This document shows positions 29,584 to 39,642 of a DNA stretch of 64,000 nucleotides, one piece after another. The translations under genes were made by a program, and so were the position numbers. Within the stretch, counting starts at the first letter, position 1. Each line of letters starts with the position of its first letter. Source of the DNA: Patescibacteria group bacterium (lineage in GTDB: Bacteria > Patescibacteriota > Minisyncoccia > Phycocordibacterales > Phycocordibacteraceae); the NCBI GenBank assembly GCA_030837225.1, contig JAUPKX010000007.1, forward strand, positions 65,182 through 129,181. Direction: 5' to 3'. A model generated the notes under the pieces. It saw only the letters and a program-made list of their open reading frames with translations, did not search any database and was not told where the DNA came from.

Positions 29584-30213
29584 TTAGCGAAGCCAGTAAA
29601 GACGGAACGTCATGTCGTAGGTATACACCCCCGTATCAGAGTCCTGTACCGAGAGTTCAATGACGTCGAGCGGGCGCAGACTCTGCTCAACTCCAGTGAG
29701 GAAGGTGCGAAATGCCGCATAGCTACCCGTAGCGGACACGGAAAGCTCAAGGGATTCGGTCGGTTTTGAGGTCTGGAGCGCAAGCGTATTGGATTGCGGG
29801 GACATAGCAGCAGGACCTGTTGTTGGTCCAGCCGCTGCAAGGGGTGCAGCACTCGTTCTCGCAGAGGAGGTATCAGAATCGGTCGCTCCCCCGGCGATAC
29901 TGAACTCCGAGAGCTGTACTCCTGAGCGCGCAGCAAGCGAATTCAGATCCACGATGAGTTGCACATTATCGACACTGTCTGGAAGGAAAGATTCAAGTCG
30001 CGCAAGTTGCTCTGCGGGCATCGCATTACGCTGTTGAGTGAGCTGAGCTTCTTTCAACTTGAACTGTTCTGCCGCCTTAAGGGCACTATCGAGATTAGTA
30101 ATCTCATCCTTGAGGGCCGCAACAGAGCTGCTGTACGTAGACTGGGTATACCCGACAAAAAGACCGATAGCGCCGATTACGAGAAGTATGGGAATGATGC
30201 GGGAGACTATCAT
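29584..30213 (-). CDS. pilO: type IV pilus assembly protein PilO-like
   Basis: N-terminal TM, coiled coil, then a periplasmic domain; gene order pilM-pilN-pilO. Confidence 0.6.
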   Translation of the reverse strand: MIVSRIIPILLVIGAIGLFVGYTQSTYSSSVAALKDEITNLDSALKAAEQFKLKEAQLTQQRNAMPAEQLARLESFLPDSVDNVQLIVDLNSLAARSGVQLSEFSIAGGATDSDTSSARTSAAPLAAAGPTTGPAAMSPQSNTLALQTSKPTESLELSVSATGSYAAFRTFLTGVEQSLRPLDVIELSVQDSDTGVYTYDMTFRLYWLR

Positions 30214-30941
30214 AGCTGTGGTTGGGTGGTGCTTGCCGTCTTTGGTGCAGCAGGCGTCACCGGAGACGACGTAGCTGCTGGCGCTTTCGTAGCAGGAGCG
30301 GCAGGCTCAGCAGGAGTTGTTACCGCTGGAAGTGTCGCGGGTGCGTCAGGAATTCCCGGAAGCACTTCGCCTGACGTGATGAGACGCGAATCAATCGTAG
30401 CCGTAAGAGAGAAGCCAACCGTTCCGTTCTCGTTTACTGAGATATCGGAGAAGATGGCTCGCTTGATACGCTTTTCGGCGGCAATAGCTGAACTCTGCGC
30501 AGCGAGTGCATTGAAAGTACGGGCGACGCCTTCCATTTTTATCTCTGCTGAGCGATCATCCTCTACCGCAACCGACAACCCGCTGAAACGCACCGTCTGC
30601 AGCGTCCTTGATTCTAAGGTGTCGAAGAATTCAGAGAGTGCAATATGTTGATTAAGTAGAGTCTCAACCGTATTGAGGCGATTCTTCAAGCGAATGAAGC
30701 CTTCGACCGTGTCGAGGTTTACCTCTTTCTGAGCTGCTGCAAGGTCCGCTGACTTCTGGTCGCGGGCATTCTTCAGGTACAGCTCGTACCCAAATACTCC
30801 AGCAGCAAGCGCAACGGATATGATGGCGATAACGCCACCAATAATGAAAAGTACGTTCATGCCGCTCTTCTGCTGACGCGAAGATGGCGCTACCGGCTGT
30901 TTCGGTACGAACGACGTTGGAATGTTCGGAGGGAGGGCCAC
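30210..30941 (-). CDS. pilN: type IV pilus assembly protein PilN-like (Pro/Ala/Thr-rich C-terminal tail)
   Basis: TM anchor, coiled coil, periplasmic domain; follows pilM. Confidence 0.6.
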   Translation of the reverse strand: MALPPNIPTSFVPKQPVAPSSRQQKSGMNVLFIIGGVIAIISVALAAGVFGYELYLKNARDQKSADLAAAQKEVNLDTVEGFIRLKNRLNTVETLLNQHIALSEFFDTLESRTLQTVRFSGLSVAVEDDRSAEIKMEGVARTFNALAAQSSAIAAEKRIKRAIFSDISVNENGTVGFSLTATIDSRLITSGEVLPGIPDAPATLPAVTTPAEPAAPATKAPAATSSPVTPAAPKTASTTQPQL

Positions 30942-30998
30942 AGTACTTTAGAGTATACGGGAACAATGACAGAAACAGTTGCTCTTATGCACAGAGCG

Positions 30999-32087
30999 CT
31001 ACCCTTCCTCCTCCAGCTTCCGAAGCGCGAGCCCAACTGCTACCGCGAACTCGGGACCAATCGCTTCGAGCACTGGGCGCATAAACGCGGGTGCCTGCGT
31101 CTTCCCAAAAGGATCAGCGATTCGTACTTCTACTGAGAAGAACGTCTTCGCATACGCAGCAAGCTCTTTAGTTACGCCACCACCACCCGTGAGAACAAGA
31201 CACGCTACCTGCTTTCCTTTTGCGTTCTCATACTGCGCTAGTGCACGCTTAGCCTCCTCGAAAATCCTCGAGAAGACCAGCTCTATAGAGCGATGATCAT
31301 ACGTACCTGCTTCGTTCGCGAATCCATGCTCCTTTTTCATGATTTCCGCATTCCCGACCGTTATGCCCTGAGACGTTGCGATGGTGCGAGTCACATCCTG
31401 CCCTCCGCGCGGGATGTTATGGGAGAGTGCAACCACCCCATGCTCAACGACATACACCTTGGTAGCGGACGCACCTATATCAAGTACGAGGACCGGCTTC
31501 ACAGGCTCGTCCACAACCGAACGAATGGTACTGAAAATCTCAATCTCGTAGAAACTTGCAGCAAGCTCTGATGCACGTACCACACCCTCAAGAAGGGTGA
31601 GCTCGTCGTTATGGACCGCAACCAAGAGGACCTGAATCTTTGGAGACGGCGGCGCACCTTCAGAGAGTGCCTCGGGGATTATGAACCAGTCGAGCTGCAC
31701 TTCAGACACCGGCACCGGAATATACTTCCTTGCTTCAAGCTCAATCACCGTCTTCTGCTCTGCGGGATCATCCCGGCGCGGAAGCTCAACAAGCGTAAGC
31801 AAGGAACGAGAGAATGGAATGGAGATACCTGCATCTTTTGTTGTTACATTCGCCTCACGCAAGAGGTCATTCAACGTTTCTGCAATCTTTGACGCAGGCA
31901 TGTTCGTTGCCTGCCCCACCTCAACACCTGCATAGGGACCAAGCGCGAGTTCGCCGTATGTTTCAAGCACTGCAGTGCCTCCCTCGCGGCGTAATTGCAC
32001 TACCTTAAGGGAAGACGAACCGATATCAACGCCAATGACGCTCTTCGATTTGCTCGTACCGCCAAAGAATTTAGACAGAAAGCCCAT
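30999..32087 (-). CDS. pilM: type IV pilus assembly ATPase-fold protein PilM (actin-like)
   Basis: Actin/FtsA-like fold motifs (VIGVDIGSSSLKVV, DIGASATK), 362 aa. Confidence 0.85.
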   Translation of the reverse strand: MGFLSKFFGGTSKSKSVIGVDIGSSSLKVVQLRREGGTAVLETYGELALGPYAGVEVGQATNMPASKIAETLNDLLREANVTTKDAGISIPFSRSLLTLVELPRRDDPAEQKTVIELEARKYIPVPVSEVQLDWFIIPEALSEGAPPSPKIQVLLVAVHNDELTLLEGVVRASELAASFYEIEIFSTIRSVVDEPVKPVLVLDIGASATKVYVVEHGVVALSHNIPRGGQDVTRTIATSQGITVGNAEIMKKEHGFANEAGTYDHRSIELVFSRIFEEAKRALAQYENAKGKQVACLVLTGGGGVTKELAAYAKTFFSVEVRIADPFGKTQAPAFMRPVLEAIGPEFAVAVGLALRKLEEEG

Positions 32088-32737
32088 TGCGGGGATTGTA
32101 TCATGCGAGCATGTTGCTGATTCGCTTTATCCTCGACGTATTGTTCCCTCAGAACGGTACGCAAACACATGTCCAGAATGCATCGCTCGAATCAATTGGA
32201 GCCCTCGTGCGACCGAAACATATTGACGAGCATATCGTTGCACTCCTCCCCTATCACCACTCACTTGTCCGTGCGTGCATTATCGAAGCGAAATTTAAAG
32301 ACAACGAGCGGGCACAGCATATACTCGCAGGTGTTCTCGCTGAATACCTTGCCGAATGGAGTGCGGAACATACCGTACTCACTCACAGCACTTTGGTACT
32401 AGTACCCGTTCCGCTCTCAGCCTCTAGACGCACGGAACGTGGCTACAACCAAGCTGAGCGCATAGCGCGCCTTGCCACAAGCAAACTCCCTGACGTATAC
32501 CTCGACACCGATCTCTTGGTGCGGGTCCGGGATACGATTCCACAAACAAGTCTGAGCGGCACGGAGCGTCGCTCCAATCTCGAAGGAGCATTCAAAGCCT
32601 CTGGTCCTTCAGACCCTGACTATACGTATATAGTGCTCGACGACGTAACGACGACCGGAACTACCTTGCGTGCTGCTATTACAGCGCTTACATCCGTTCA
32701 TCCAGGCAGAGTTATCGGGATCGCATTGGCGCATTAA
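32087..32737 (+). CDS. comFC: ComF-family competence protein, phosphoribosyltransferase domain
   Basis: PRTase motif VLDDVTTTGTTL near the C-terminus; divergent from the pil locus. Confidence 0.8.
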   Translation: MRGLYHASMLLIRFILDVLFPQNGTQTHVQNASLESIGALVRPKHIDEHIVALLPYHHSLVRACIIEAKFKDNERAQHILAGVLAEYLAEWSAEHTVLTHSTLVLVPVPLSASRRTERGYNQAERIARLATSKLPDVYLDTDLLVRVRDTIPQTSLSGTERRSNLEGAFKASGPSDPDYTYIVLDDVTTTGTTLRAAITALTSVHPGRVIGIALAH

Positions 32738-32763
32738 GTCTGAAATGATACGGTAGTACGGAA

Positions 32764-32853
32764 GGAGACGTGGCTGAGTGGTCGAAAGTACCTCACTGCT
32801 AACGAGGCGAGCTGTAAAAGGCTCCGAGGGTTCGAATCCCTCCGTCTCCGCCA
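32764..32853 (+). tRNA. tRNA-Ser (anticodon GCT), type II with long variable arm, CCA encoded
   Basis: GGAGACGTGGCTGAGTGGTCGAAAGTACCTCACTGCTAACGAGGCGAGCTGTAAAAGGCTCCGAGGGTTCGAATCCCTCCGTCTCCGCCA; anticodon loop CTGCTAA. Confidence 0.85.
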
Positions 32854-32892
32854 AATTCGTGTTCTCGTGTGATTCCTGGTATATAAAAAGAA

Positions 32893-33750
32893 ATGGACAA
32901 GAGACTTAAGGTAGCGCTTCTCGCGCTTCTCATCGTATTTGCTGGCATTGGACTCCTGTTTTCCGGGGTCTTTATTGCTTTGCAGTTTGGGCTTTTGAAT
33001 GTGCGTGGATCGAGTACGGAACGTAACAGTTTCTTTACTGGTACTGAGGCGCAGCCTGCAGCAGCACTAGCAGCGCAGCCGTGCATCAACACAACCACAG
33101 ACTCATGCGCCTGGAACGAATCACCAGAGTGGCTCGTTGTTGCAGGAGGACTTGAGAAAGATGCCGCACTTATCGCACGCGTCTCAGGCGAGACCGGTGT
33201 GGACGCGCGCCTTATCGCGGCGGTCGTGATTCCCGAGCAGATTCGCTTCTTCACCTCGGAGCGCGAGGTGTTCAAGCGATACTTCGAGCCACTCAAGATC
33301 CTCGGTTCCCTCTCGCAGTTCTCGCTTGGCGTCTCCGGAATAAAGCAGGAGACCGCACGGAAAGTAGAAGCGTATGCGAATGATCCGTCTTCACCATTTT
33401 ATCCAGGTCCTGACGCTGCGCGCCTTCTGGCGTACAGCGATGCAACCAATCAGGACGCGGAGCTCTACAACCGCCTTACGGACGACAAGAATCACTACTA
33501 TTCGTACCTCTACACCGCGATTTATTTGAAGGAGATCATGATGCAGTGGGAGCGTGCAGGATTTGATATCTCGAACGATGCCGATGCGCTCGTTACGCTC
33601 TTTAATATTGGGTTCGAAAACTCGAACCCTAACCCTGACCCTAAGCCAGGAGGTGCATCGATTATGGTTGGTGGACGGAGCTACGCATTCGGACAGCTTG
33701 GGGGCGACTTCTATCGTTCAGACGAGCTCCTCGGTTCCTTTCCGCGCTAA
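32893..33750 (+). CDS. hypothetical membrane-anchored exported protein
   Basis: N-terminal TM helix and a long ORF with plausible composition; no recognisable motif. Confidence 0.5.
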   Translation: MDKRLKVALLALLIVFAGIGLLFSGVFIALQFGLLNVRGSSTERNSFFTGTEAQPAAALAAQPCINTTTDSCAWNESPEWLVVAGGLEKDAALIARVSGETGVDARLIAAVVIPEQIRFFTSEREVFKRYFEPLKILGSLSQFSLGVSGIKQETARKVEAYANDPSSPFYPGPDAARLLAYSDATNQDAELYNRLTDDKNHYYSYLYTAIYLKEIMMQWERAGFDISNDADALVTLFNIGFENSNPNPDPKPGGASIMVGGRSYAFGQLGGDFYRSDELLGSFPR

Positions 33751-33912
33751 CGAAACGTAGACACTCTGAGCATTGCCTCCTTACGTACATCTAGAAGAGA
33801 CGGGGTAGAATACAAAAAAGCCTAGAAGCGTTATCCTGCACTACCATGAATACAAGAAACGTTCTCGCTACTACCGACATACTGTCTCCCGCGATCGTAA
33901 ACAGACAAAAAT

Positions 33913-34350
33913 ATGGATAAGGTTCGCTGCGCTGGTGGCATTGTACTTGGAGACCGCGGCACTATTGCGATGATCCGCAATCGCGGCGGAAGCGGTGCAT
34001 GGCTCTTTCCAAAGGGACACGTCGAACCCGGCGAATCAGATGAGGCTGCAGCACGGCGAGAAGTGGAAGAAGAGACCGGGCTCACACATCTCGAATGTAT
34101 CGATGATCTCGGAACGTACGAGCGGTACGGGATGAGAATCGACGGCACCGACAATCTCGATACCCTGAAAGAGATACATATGTTTCTCTTCGCCGCAGAG
34201 CCGCATGCAGAACTCGCGCCTTCACACGAGACTGAAGAGGCGCGGTGGGTATCGTTTTCTCACATCGTACCTGAAATCGGGAACGTGAAGGACAGGGCTT
34301 GGTTCACCACCGTCTTTGAGCGTATTCGTCACGCCATACAGCGCGATTAG
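33913..34350 (+). CDS. NUDIX hydrolase
   Basis: Nudix box GHVEPGESDEAAARREVEEETGL (G-x5-E-x7-REUxEExGU). Confidence 0.85.
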   Translation: MDKVRCAGGIVLGDRGTIAMIRNRGGSGAWLFPKGHVEPGESDEAAARREVEEETGLTHLECIDDLGTYERYGMRIDGTDNLDTLKEIHMFLFAAEPHAELAPSHETEEARWVSFSHIVPEIGNVKDRAWFTTVFERIRHAIQRD

Positions 34351-35507
34351 CGAATAGTCTTTGCGATTGCTGGTACTACACGCTTGTCGAACACATCCGG
34401 AATTATCTTCTCTGCAGTTGGCTTTACCACAAGCTGTGCAAGTGCCTTGGCGGCCTTAAGCTTCATAGCTTGCGTGATTTCGGTTACTCCACGGTCAAGT
34501 GCGCCACGAAATATACCTGGGAACACGAGTGCGTTGTTTACCTGATTAGGAAAATCTGAGCGTCCGGTTGCGATGACACGTGCACCTCCCTTTTTTGCCT
34601 CCTCTGGCATAATCTCAGGGACAGGATTTGAGAGTGCAAAGACAATGGCGTCTTTTGCCATAGTTTGTACGTCGCTTCTCGTAAGGAGGTTGGGCCCTGA
34701 AACACCGACAAACACATCACTTCCTTCGAGAACACTCGCTAAATCGCCCGAGACTTTGTGTGGATTGGTTATGGAAGCAAGTTCTTGCTTGCTTGGACTC
34801 AGACCTGGACGTCCGTTATAGATTGCGCCAGCACGATCGAGCACAACAATGTCCGTAATCCCTGCGGCACAAAGAAGTTTTGCCACAGCACTTCCGGCCG
34901 CACCTGCACCAGAGATAACTACTCGTAATTTCTTGAACGACTTTCCAACAACCGTCGCTGCATTCATTAGCCCTGCGAGCACTACGATTGCCGTGCCGTG
35001 CTGGTCGTCATGCATAACCGGTATATCGAGTGCTTCAATAAGACGCTTCTCGATGTCGAAACACTCAGGTGCTTTGATGTCCTCAAGGTTGATTCCTCCG
35101 AACCCAGGAGCAATAGCAATAATCGTACGAACAATCTCGTCAGGATCTTGAGTATCGAGCACGATGGGCCACGCATCAACATTGGCGAGCTCCTTAAATA
35201 TAAGCGCCTTTCCTTCCATAACAGGAAGCGCCCCATACGGGCCGATATTTCCGAGTCCAAGAACGGCAGACCCGTCACTAATAACCGCGACACTGTTCTT
35301 TTTAACGGAAAGCTTCCGGGTGTCTTCTGGATGCTTCGCAAGGTGTAGGGACGCAACGCCAACGCCGGGCGTGTAGTAAAGTCCAAGCGCATCCTTATCC
35401 TTAAGTTTTACGCGGCCCTTCGTTTCGATACGAGGACCAATTCGTCTAAAGGCAGCCAACACGTGCGCAGGTGTTTGTGTCTTTGTTTTCTTTTTAGAAG
35501 ATGCCAT
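34347..35507 (-). CDS. NAD(P)-dependent malic enzyme (short form)
   Basis: Malic-enzyme N-terminal domain with Rossmann GAGAAGSA loop and divalent-cation site region (LEDIKAPECF). Confidence 0.85.
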   Translation of the reverse strand: MASSKKKTKTQTPAHVLAAFRRIGPRIETKGRVKLKDKDALGLYYTPGVGVASLHLAKHPEDTRKLSVKKNSVAVISDGSAVLGLGNIGPYGALPVMEGKALIFKELANVDAWPIVLDTQDPDEIVRTIIAIAPGFGGINLEDIKAPECFDIEKRLIEALDIPVMHDDQHGTAIVVLAGLMNAATVVGKSFKKLRVVISGAGAAGSAVAKLLCAAGITDIVVLDRAGAIYNGRPGLSPSKQELASITNPHKVSGDLASVLEGSDVFVGVSGPNLLTRSDVQTMAKDAIVFALSNPVPEIMPEEAKKGGARVIATGRSDFPNQVNNALVFPGIFRGALDRGVTEITQAMKLKAAKALAQLVVKPTAEKIIPDVFDKRVVPAIAKTIR

Positions 35508-35565
35508 AGCCTGAGCAGTATCTCAGTTTAGCTACCCACTGTCGAACAAGACGGCGGGCGTGAAG

Positions 35566-35991
35566 CTACGTACCTTTTGCCTTCTTCTTTGGATGCACAA
35601 ATACTTTCGCCGTGCAGGTTGTCTTGCCGCCAGGACCTACGAATGTGAGCGGGAACTCATGCTTGCCAACCGAGGCTATAGCAACGCGCTCACTCCCTTT
35701 CGTCGGTCGTTGCGCTGTATCACTCATAAAATTAGCCAAGTAATCTGCTCCCTTGCTCTCCCATGCAATCTTCGTAGATTTTCCTGCAGTAATCCATTTC
35801 TTGGTCGAATACACCTTGCAGGTTGGCGGGGCTACGACAGTCTTAATGTCTGAAATTGAGACTGAGGCTTCTTTTGCTTGCACGTCTACTATGGGCGTAA
35901 GAATACCAATTGAGAAAACAAGAGCTGCAAAACTGTATGCAAAAAGTCGATGTGTCATACCTCTATGAGACCATGATTGTGCGATAAACAC
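35566..35991 (-). CDS. hypothetical secreted protein
   Basis: Signal peptide (LFAYSFAALVFSIGILTPIVDVQA), two Cys, Lys-rich tail. Confidence 0.5.
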   Translation of the reverse strand: MFIAQSWSHRGMTHRLFAYSFAALVFSIGILTPIVDVQAKEASVSISDIKTVVAPPTCKVYSTKKWITAGKSTKIAWESKGADYLANFMSDTAQRPTKGSERVAIASVGKHEFPLTFVGPGGKTTCTAKVFVHPKKKAKGT

Positions 35992-36030
35992 TAGTGTCTC
36001 TCTTCTTAAACTGAACGGTATACTGAGCCT

Positions 36031-38211
36031 ATGAAGCCTGAGGATCTTATCTCAATCCATTTCACCCGCCTCAAGCCTGATCAGAAGAAAGCACTGGAGA
36101 AGCTCGGCATCAAAACGATTAAAGACCTCTTGTATCACTTCCCTGCCCGCTACGAGGCAGCGGGACCAACCGGTACTATTGGCAGCGCAACATCCGGAAG
36201 CGAGGTGACGTTGTACGGCACCATCAGGAAGCCAGAAGCGAAGAAATCATGGACCACGAAGCGTCCTATGGGAGAGGCATGGCTTGAGGACGCTTCGGGG
36301 CGAATGAAACTGCGCTGGTTCTCGCAGCCGTACATCGCTAAATCTCTCAAGGACGGCATGGTGGTAAAGGCGAGCGGCAAGATAACCGGAACGGGTGACA
36401 AAATCTATCTCGCAAACCCAGAGATCGATCGCTCTCCTATAAATCCCGAGGAAGTGCACGATTCACTCTTTACTGATACCGAAAACCTTGGTGGTGCACT
36501 CATTGAAGACACGCTCTACGCAATCTATCCTGAGTCGAAAGGTGTTTCCTCACTCTGGTTCCTACATGCACTGAAGCACGTATTCGAAGCGGGCGTACAT
36601 GAGCGTCTTCCAGACCCCATTCCAAAGGAGATGCTTGATCGCTACAGTTTACCGACACTCGCAACCGCACTCATCTGGATGCATGCACCAAGAAAGCTGC
36701 CTGCCTCGCAAGCCGCGCGAAAGCGCTTTGCGTTTCAGGAGGTCCTTGCTATTCAGTTAACGACGCAGCGCCGTAGACTCGAAGCAACGAAAGAACGAGC
36801 CCTTCCTGTGCACGCGGACCGCGCGTCCCTCAAAGCGTTCATGGATTCATTCCCGTTCCCGCCAACAGATGCCCAGGCACGCTCCATAGAGAGCATCGTC
36901 GCAGACTTCGAGAAACCACACCCAATGAGGAGGCTTCTTGAAGGCGACGTAGGCAGCGGAAAGACTGCAGTAGCTGCAGCAACGGCGTATATGGTTGCGA
37001 CATCTCGTCCGCCCGGCCGTGTTGCGGGTACTCTCCAGGTTGCGTATATGTGTCCAACGGAGATTCTTGCAAAGCAACACTTCTCAACCTTTGTTTCGTA
37101 TTTCAAAGACCATCCGATTCCCATTGGTCTCATAACCGGCAATGAGTGCCGCAAATTCCCGGCTAAGGTTCGGTATGAAGAATCGGCTAAGGTGTCGCGT
37201 GCACAGTTCTCAAAATGGGTAGCCAACGGCGAGATTCCGATTGTTATCGGCACGCATGCGCTTGTCTACAAATCCTTGGCCTTTCAGAATCTCGCATACG
37301 CAATTATCGACGAGCAGCATCGCTTCGGGAAGGCGCATCGCCAAAAGCTCACCAAGAAAGATGGCGCGCTCTCGCCCCACCTTCTTTCTATGACGGCGAC
37401 TCCTATTCCCCGTACCCTCGCCCTTTCGATATATGGAGACCTCGACCTCTCGCTCCTTGATCAGATGCCGCTCGGGCGAAAACCAATCATCACGGAAGTG
37501 CTCGGTCCTGAGAAACGCGAGAAAGCATATGAACGTGTGAGAGCAGAGCTTGCGCTCGGGCATCAGGCCTATGTTATCTGCCCGCGTATTAACGAGCCTG
37601 ATCCTCAGAAGGAATTCGCGGTGCAGGCGAAGTCCGTAAAAGCAGAAGCAGAGCGATTGAAGCTGAACGTGTTCCCGGACGCTTCAATCGACATCCTGCA
37701 CAGCAAGATGACGCCGAAGGACAAGGAGTCAGTGATGAAACGTTTCGAAGATGGTCAGGTGCAGATTCTTGTTGCAACCTCTGTAGTTGAAGTGGGTGTG
37801 AACGTCCCGAACGCAACCGTGATTCTTATTGAAGGCTCTGAGCGCTTTGGTCTCGCGCAATTGCATCAGCTTCGTGGCCGCGTAATTCGCTCAAGCAACC
37901 AGGCATACTGCTTCGCACTTCCGGAATCCTATGGTCCCGCGACCAAGGAACGCCTTACCGCCCTCACAACCGCAAAAAACGGCTTCGAGCTTGCTGAGTA
38001 CGATCTCGCACTTCGAGGCGCTGGCGAGCTCTATGGTGCACGCCAATGGGGTGTGTCGGATATTGCTATGGAGGCACTCAAGAATATAAAGATGGTAGAG
38101 GCCGCACGGAATGAGGCCCAGGAACTCGTGAAGAAGGATCCGGAACTCAAGAAGCATCCACTCTTAGCGAAGCTTGCGAAAGACGCGGACGAAGAGGTGC
38201 ATCCTGAGTAG
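36031..38211 (+). CDS. recG: ATP-dependent DNA helicase RecG
   Basis: Wedge domain plus SF2 helicase motifs (DVGSGKT, DEQHRFG, TATPIPRT), 726 aa. Confidence 0.9.
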   Translation: MKPEDLISIHFTRLKPDQKKALEKLGIKTIKDLLYHFPARYEAAGPTGTIGSATSGSEVTLYGTIRKPEAKKSWTTKRPMGEAWLEDASGRMKLRWFSQPYIAKSLKDGMVVKASGKITGTGDKIYLANPEIDRSPINPEEVHDSLFTDTENLGGALIEDTLYAIYPESKGVSSLWFLHALKHVFEAGVHERLPDPIPKEMLDRYSLPTLATALIWMHAPRKLPASQAARKRFAFQEVLAIQLTTQRRRLEATKERALPVHADRASLKAFMDSFPFPPTDAQARSIESIVADFEKPHPMRRLLEGDVGSGKTAVAAATAYMVATSRPPGRVAGTLQVAYMCPTEILAKQHFSTFVSYFKDHPIPIGLITGNECRKFPAKVRYEESAKVSRAQFSKWVANGEIPIVIGTHALVYKSLAFQNLAYAIIDEQHRFGKAHRQKLTKKDGALSPHLLSMTATPIPRTLALSIYGDLDLSLLDQMPLGRKPIITEVLGPEKREKAYERVRAELALGHQAYVICPRINEPDPQKEFAVQAKSVKAEAERLKLNVFPDASIDILHSKMTPKDKESVMKRFEDGQVQILVATSVVEVGVNVPNATVILIEGSERFGLAQLHQLRGRVIRSSNQAYCFALPESYGPATKERLTALTTAKNGFELAEYDLALRGAGELYGARQWGVSDIAMEALKNIKMVEAARNEAQELVKKDPELKKHPLLAKLAKDADEEVHPE

Positions 38212-38248
38212 AAAACGGCCGGCTGTTTCCAGCCGGCCGTTTGACGCG

Positions 38249-39034
38249 CTACTCAACGCGCATCAGTTTTCCATCGAAGCCGGGCTCGTCCCAGACCGCA
38301 ATGAAGTAGGACTCGCCCCCGAAGCGAACCTCGAGGAAGGGGTCCGGATCATTGAAGATGGTTGCTGCCAAGCCGAAGACCTTGAACCAAGGCCCTCTAT
38401 CGTGCTGGAGCTGATGAACCTTGAGCTCAGCGAGCCCGAGAGCGTCTTTCACCTTCAGCGCGATGGTGAGGACTTCCCGAGGAAGGAGAGCCGACTTCGG
38501 CCCGAAGGAGAAGAAGTTATTAATCGCGATAGCGCGCCACGATTTCCGGGGGAAGATTGCATGTTCGGCCCAGACCATGAAGAAGCCGAGGCCGGCAATC
38601 GCTGGCCAGAGCCAGTGAATGTGCATCTCGCCGCCCACGAGTTCGGGCGAGCGATATGCACTGATCATGAGGACGAGCACAGAAACCAGTCCGGCGGACA
38701 GGAGCGGAAACCCAATACCCTTGAAAAAGAGGTTCAGGTTGTTGCCGCTCATATCCACCATGTATCGCAGCACGGATTCGCGATCGAGGGGCCTGATATC
38801 GAGCTCGACAAGCGCTTTCAGTAGAACCACATCAGCAGGAACGCTGATGGTTTCCTGGCTGACCGCCTGAGATAGGGGTCTATAGCCAAGCCTCTTCTCG
38901 GTCTCCTCGGCGAAGCGTTTCCGCTCTTCGAGTTCAGCCTGAGCGTCTGTAGCGCTCTTGATTGCACCAGTCGCGCCGTCAATGATAGCGTGGATGACTT
39001 CCGGCTTCATCAGGGATAATTTTCTCTGGGACAC
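38249..39034 (-). CDS. hypothetical membrane protein
   Basis: Helical N-terminal region and two hydrophobic segments; no recognisable family. Confidence 0.45.
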   Translation of the reverse strand: MSQRKLSLMKPEVIHAIIDGATGAIKSATDAQAELEERKRFAEETEKRLGYRPLSQAVSQETISVPADVVLLKALVELDIRPLDRESVLRYMVDMSGNNLNLFFKGIGFPLLSAGLVSVLVLMISAYRSPELVGGEMHIHWLWPAIAGLGFFMVWAEHAIFPRKSWRAIAINNFFSFGPKSALLPREVLTIALKVKDALGLAELKVHQLQHDRGPWFKVFGLAATIFNDPDPFLEVRFGGESYFIAVWDEPGFDGKLMRVE

Positions 39035-39163
39035 GAGGCCCTCCTGTTAAAAGTTCAATCAGTTGGATACGCACTCTGGCAGCATTCAAGCACACATACC
39101 CCACAAACGCACGAAGCATGCTTAGCACGTGCACCCCTAAAGCAGATACGCTACAGTACAAGG

Positions 39164-39240
39164 GCACCCTTAGCTCAGTTGGTTAGAGCACGGAGCTTAT
39201 ACCTCCGCGGTCCTTGGTTCGAGTCCAAGAGGGTGCACCA
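39164..39240 (+). tRNA. tRNA-Ile with rare anticodon TAT (UAU; decodes AUA), CCA encoded
   Basis: GCACCCTTAGCTCAGTTGGTTAGAGCACGGAGCTTATACCTCCGCGGTCCTTGGTTCGAGTCCAAGAGGGTGCACCA. Anticodon stem CGGAG/CTCCG, loop CTTATAC. Confidence 0.8.
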
Positions 39241-39267
39241 AACGTGCAGGGAGAGTGAGATTTTGTT

Positions 39268-39585
39268 ATGGTGCATTTTAGAGCATATGAAAGGAGGTCA
39301 GCTATGCTGATGAGTACGTTGCTCATTTTCTTCACGTGGGGGCCGCATGCTATTAGGAACTGGCTCGATACTGGCATTTTCCCCTATCTCGCCGCTTGCC
39401 TTGCTGTGACTATGGGCTACGGTATCTGGTCGGTGACTGAGAACAACGCCACAGCCTTCGGCCTGGCACTCATGGCCGGTTCCTACGGTCTCTATGTGGT
39501 CATAGGCGGCTTCTTCTGGTTTACCCTGCAAGGCGACCCGGAGGTAACGCACAAAAACTGGATCGAAGAGTTCTTTGGGCTCTAG
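39268..39585 (+). CDS. small hypothetical membrane protein
   Basis: Three hydrophobic helices; a terminator follows. Confidence 0.45.
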   Translation: MVHFRAYERRSAMLMSTLLIFFTWGPHAIRNWLDTGIFPYLAACLAVTMGYGIWSVTENNATAFGLALMAGSYGLYVVIGGFFWFTLQGDPEVTHKNWIEEFFGL

Positions 39586-39593
39586 AAGACGAG

Positions 39594-39630
39594 AAACGGC
39601 GGCATCAACCGATGCCGCCGTTTTCCTTTT
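39594..39630 (+). terminator. rho-independent terminator (bidirectional; also downstream of ftsH on the minus strand)
   Basis: acggcggcatc-aacc-gatgccgccgt stem-loop followed by TTTTCCTTTT. Confidence 0.6.
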
Positions 39631-39642
39631 ATGCGAACGATG

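Noticed and set aside
32799-33296. Minus-strand 165 aa ORF
   Set aside because: It overlaps tRNA-Ser and runs antisense through the 5' end of the 32893..33750 gene, with no supporting features.
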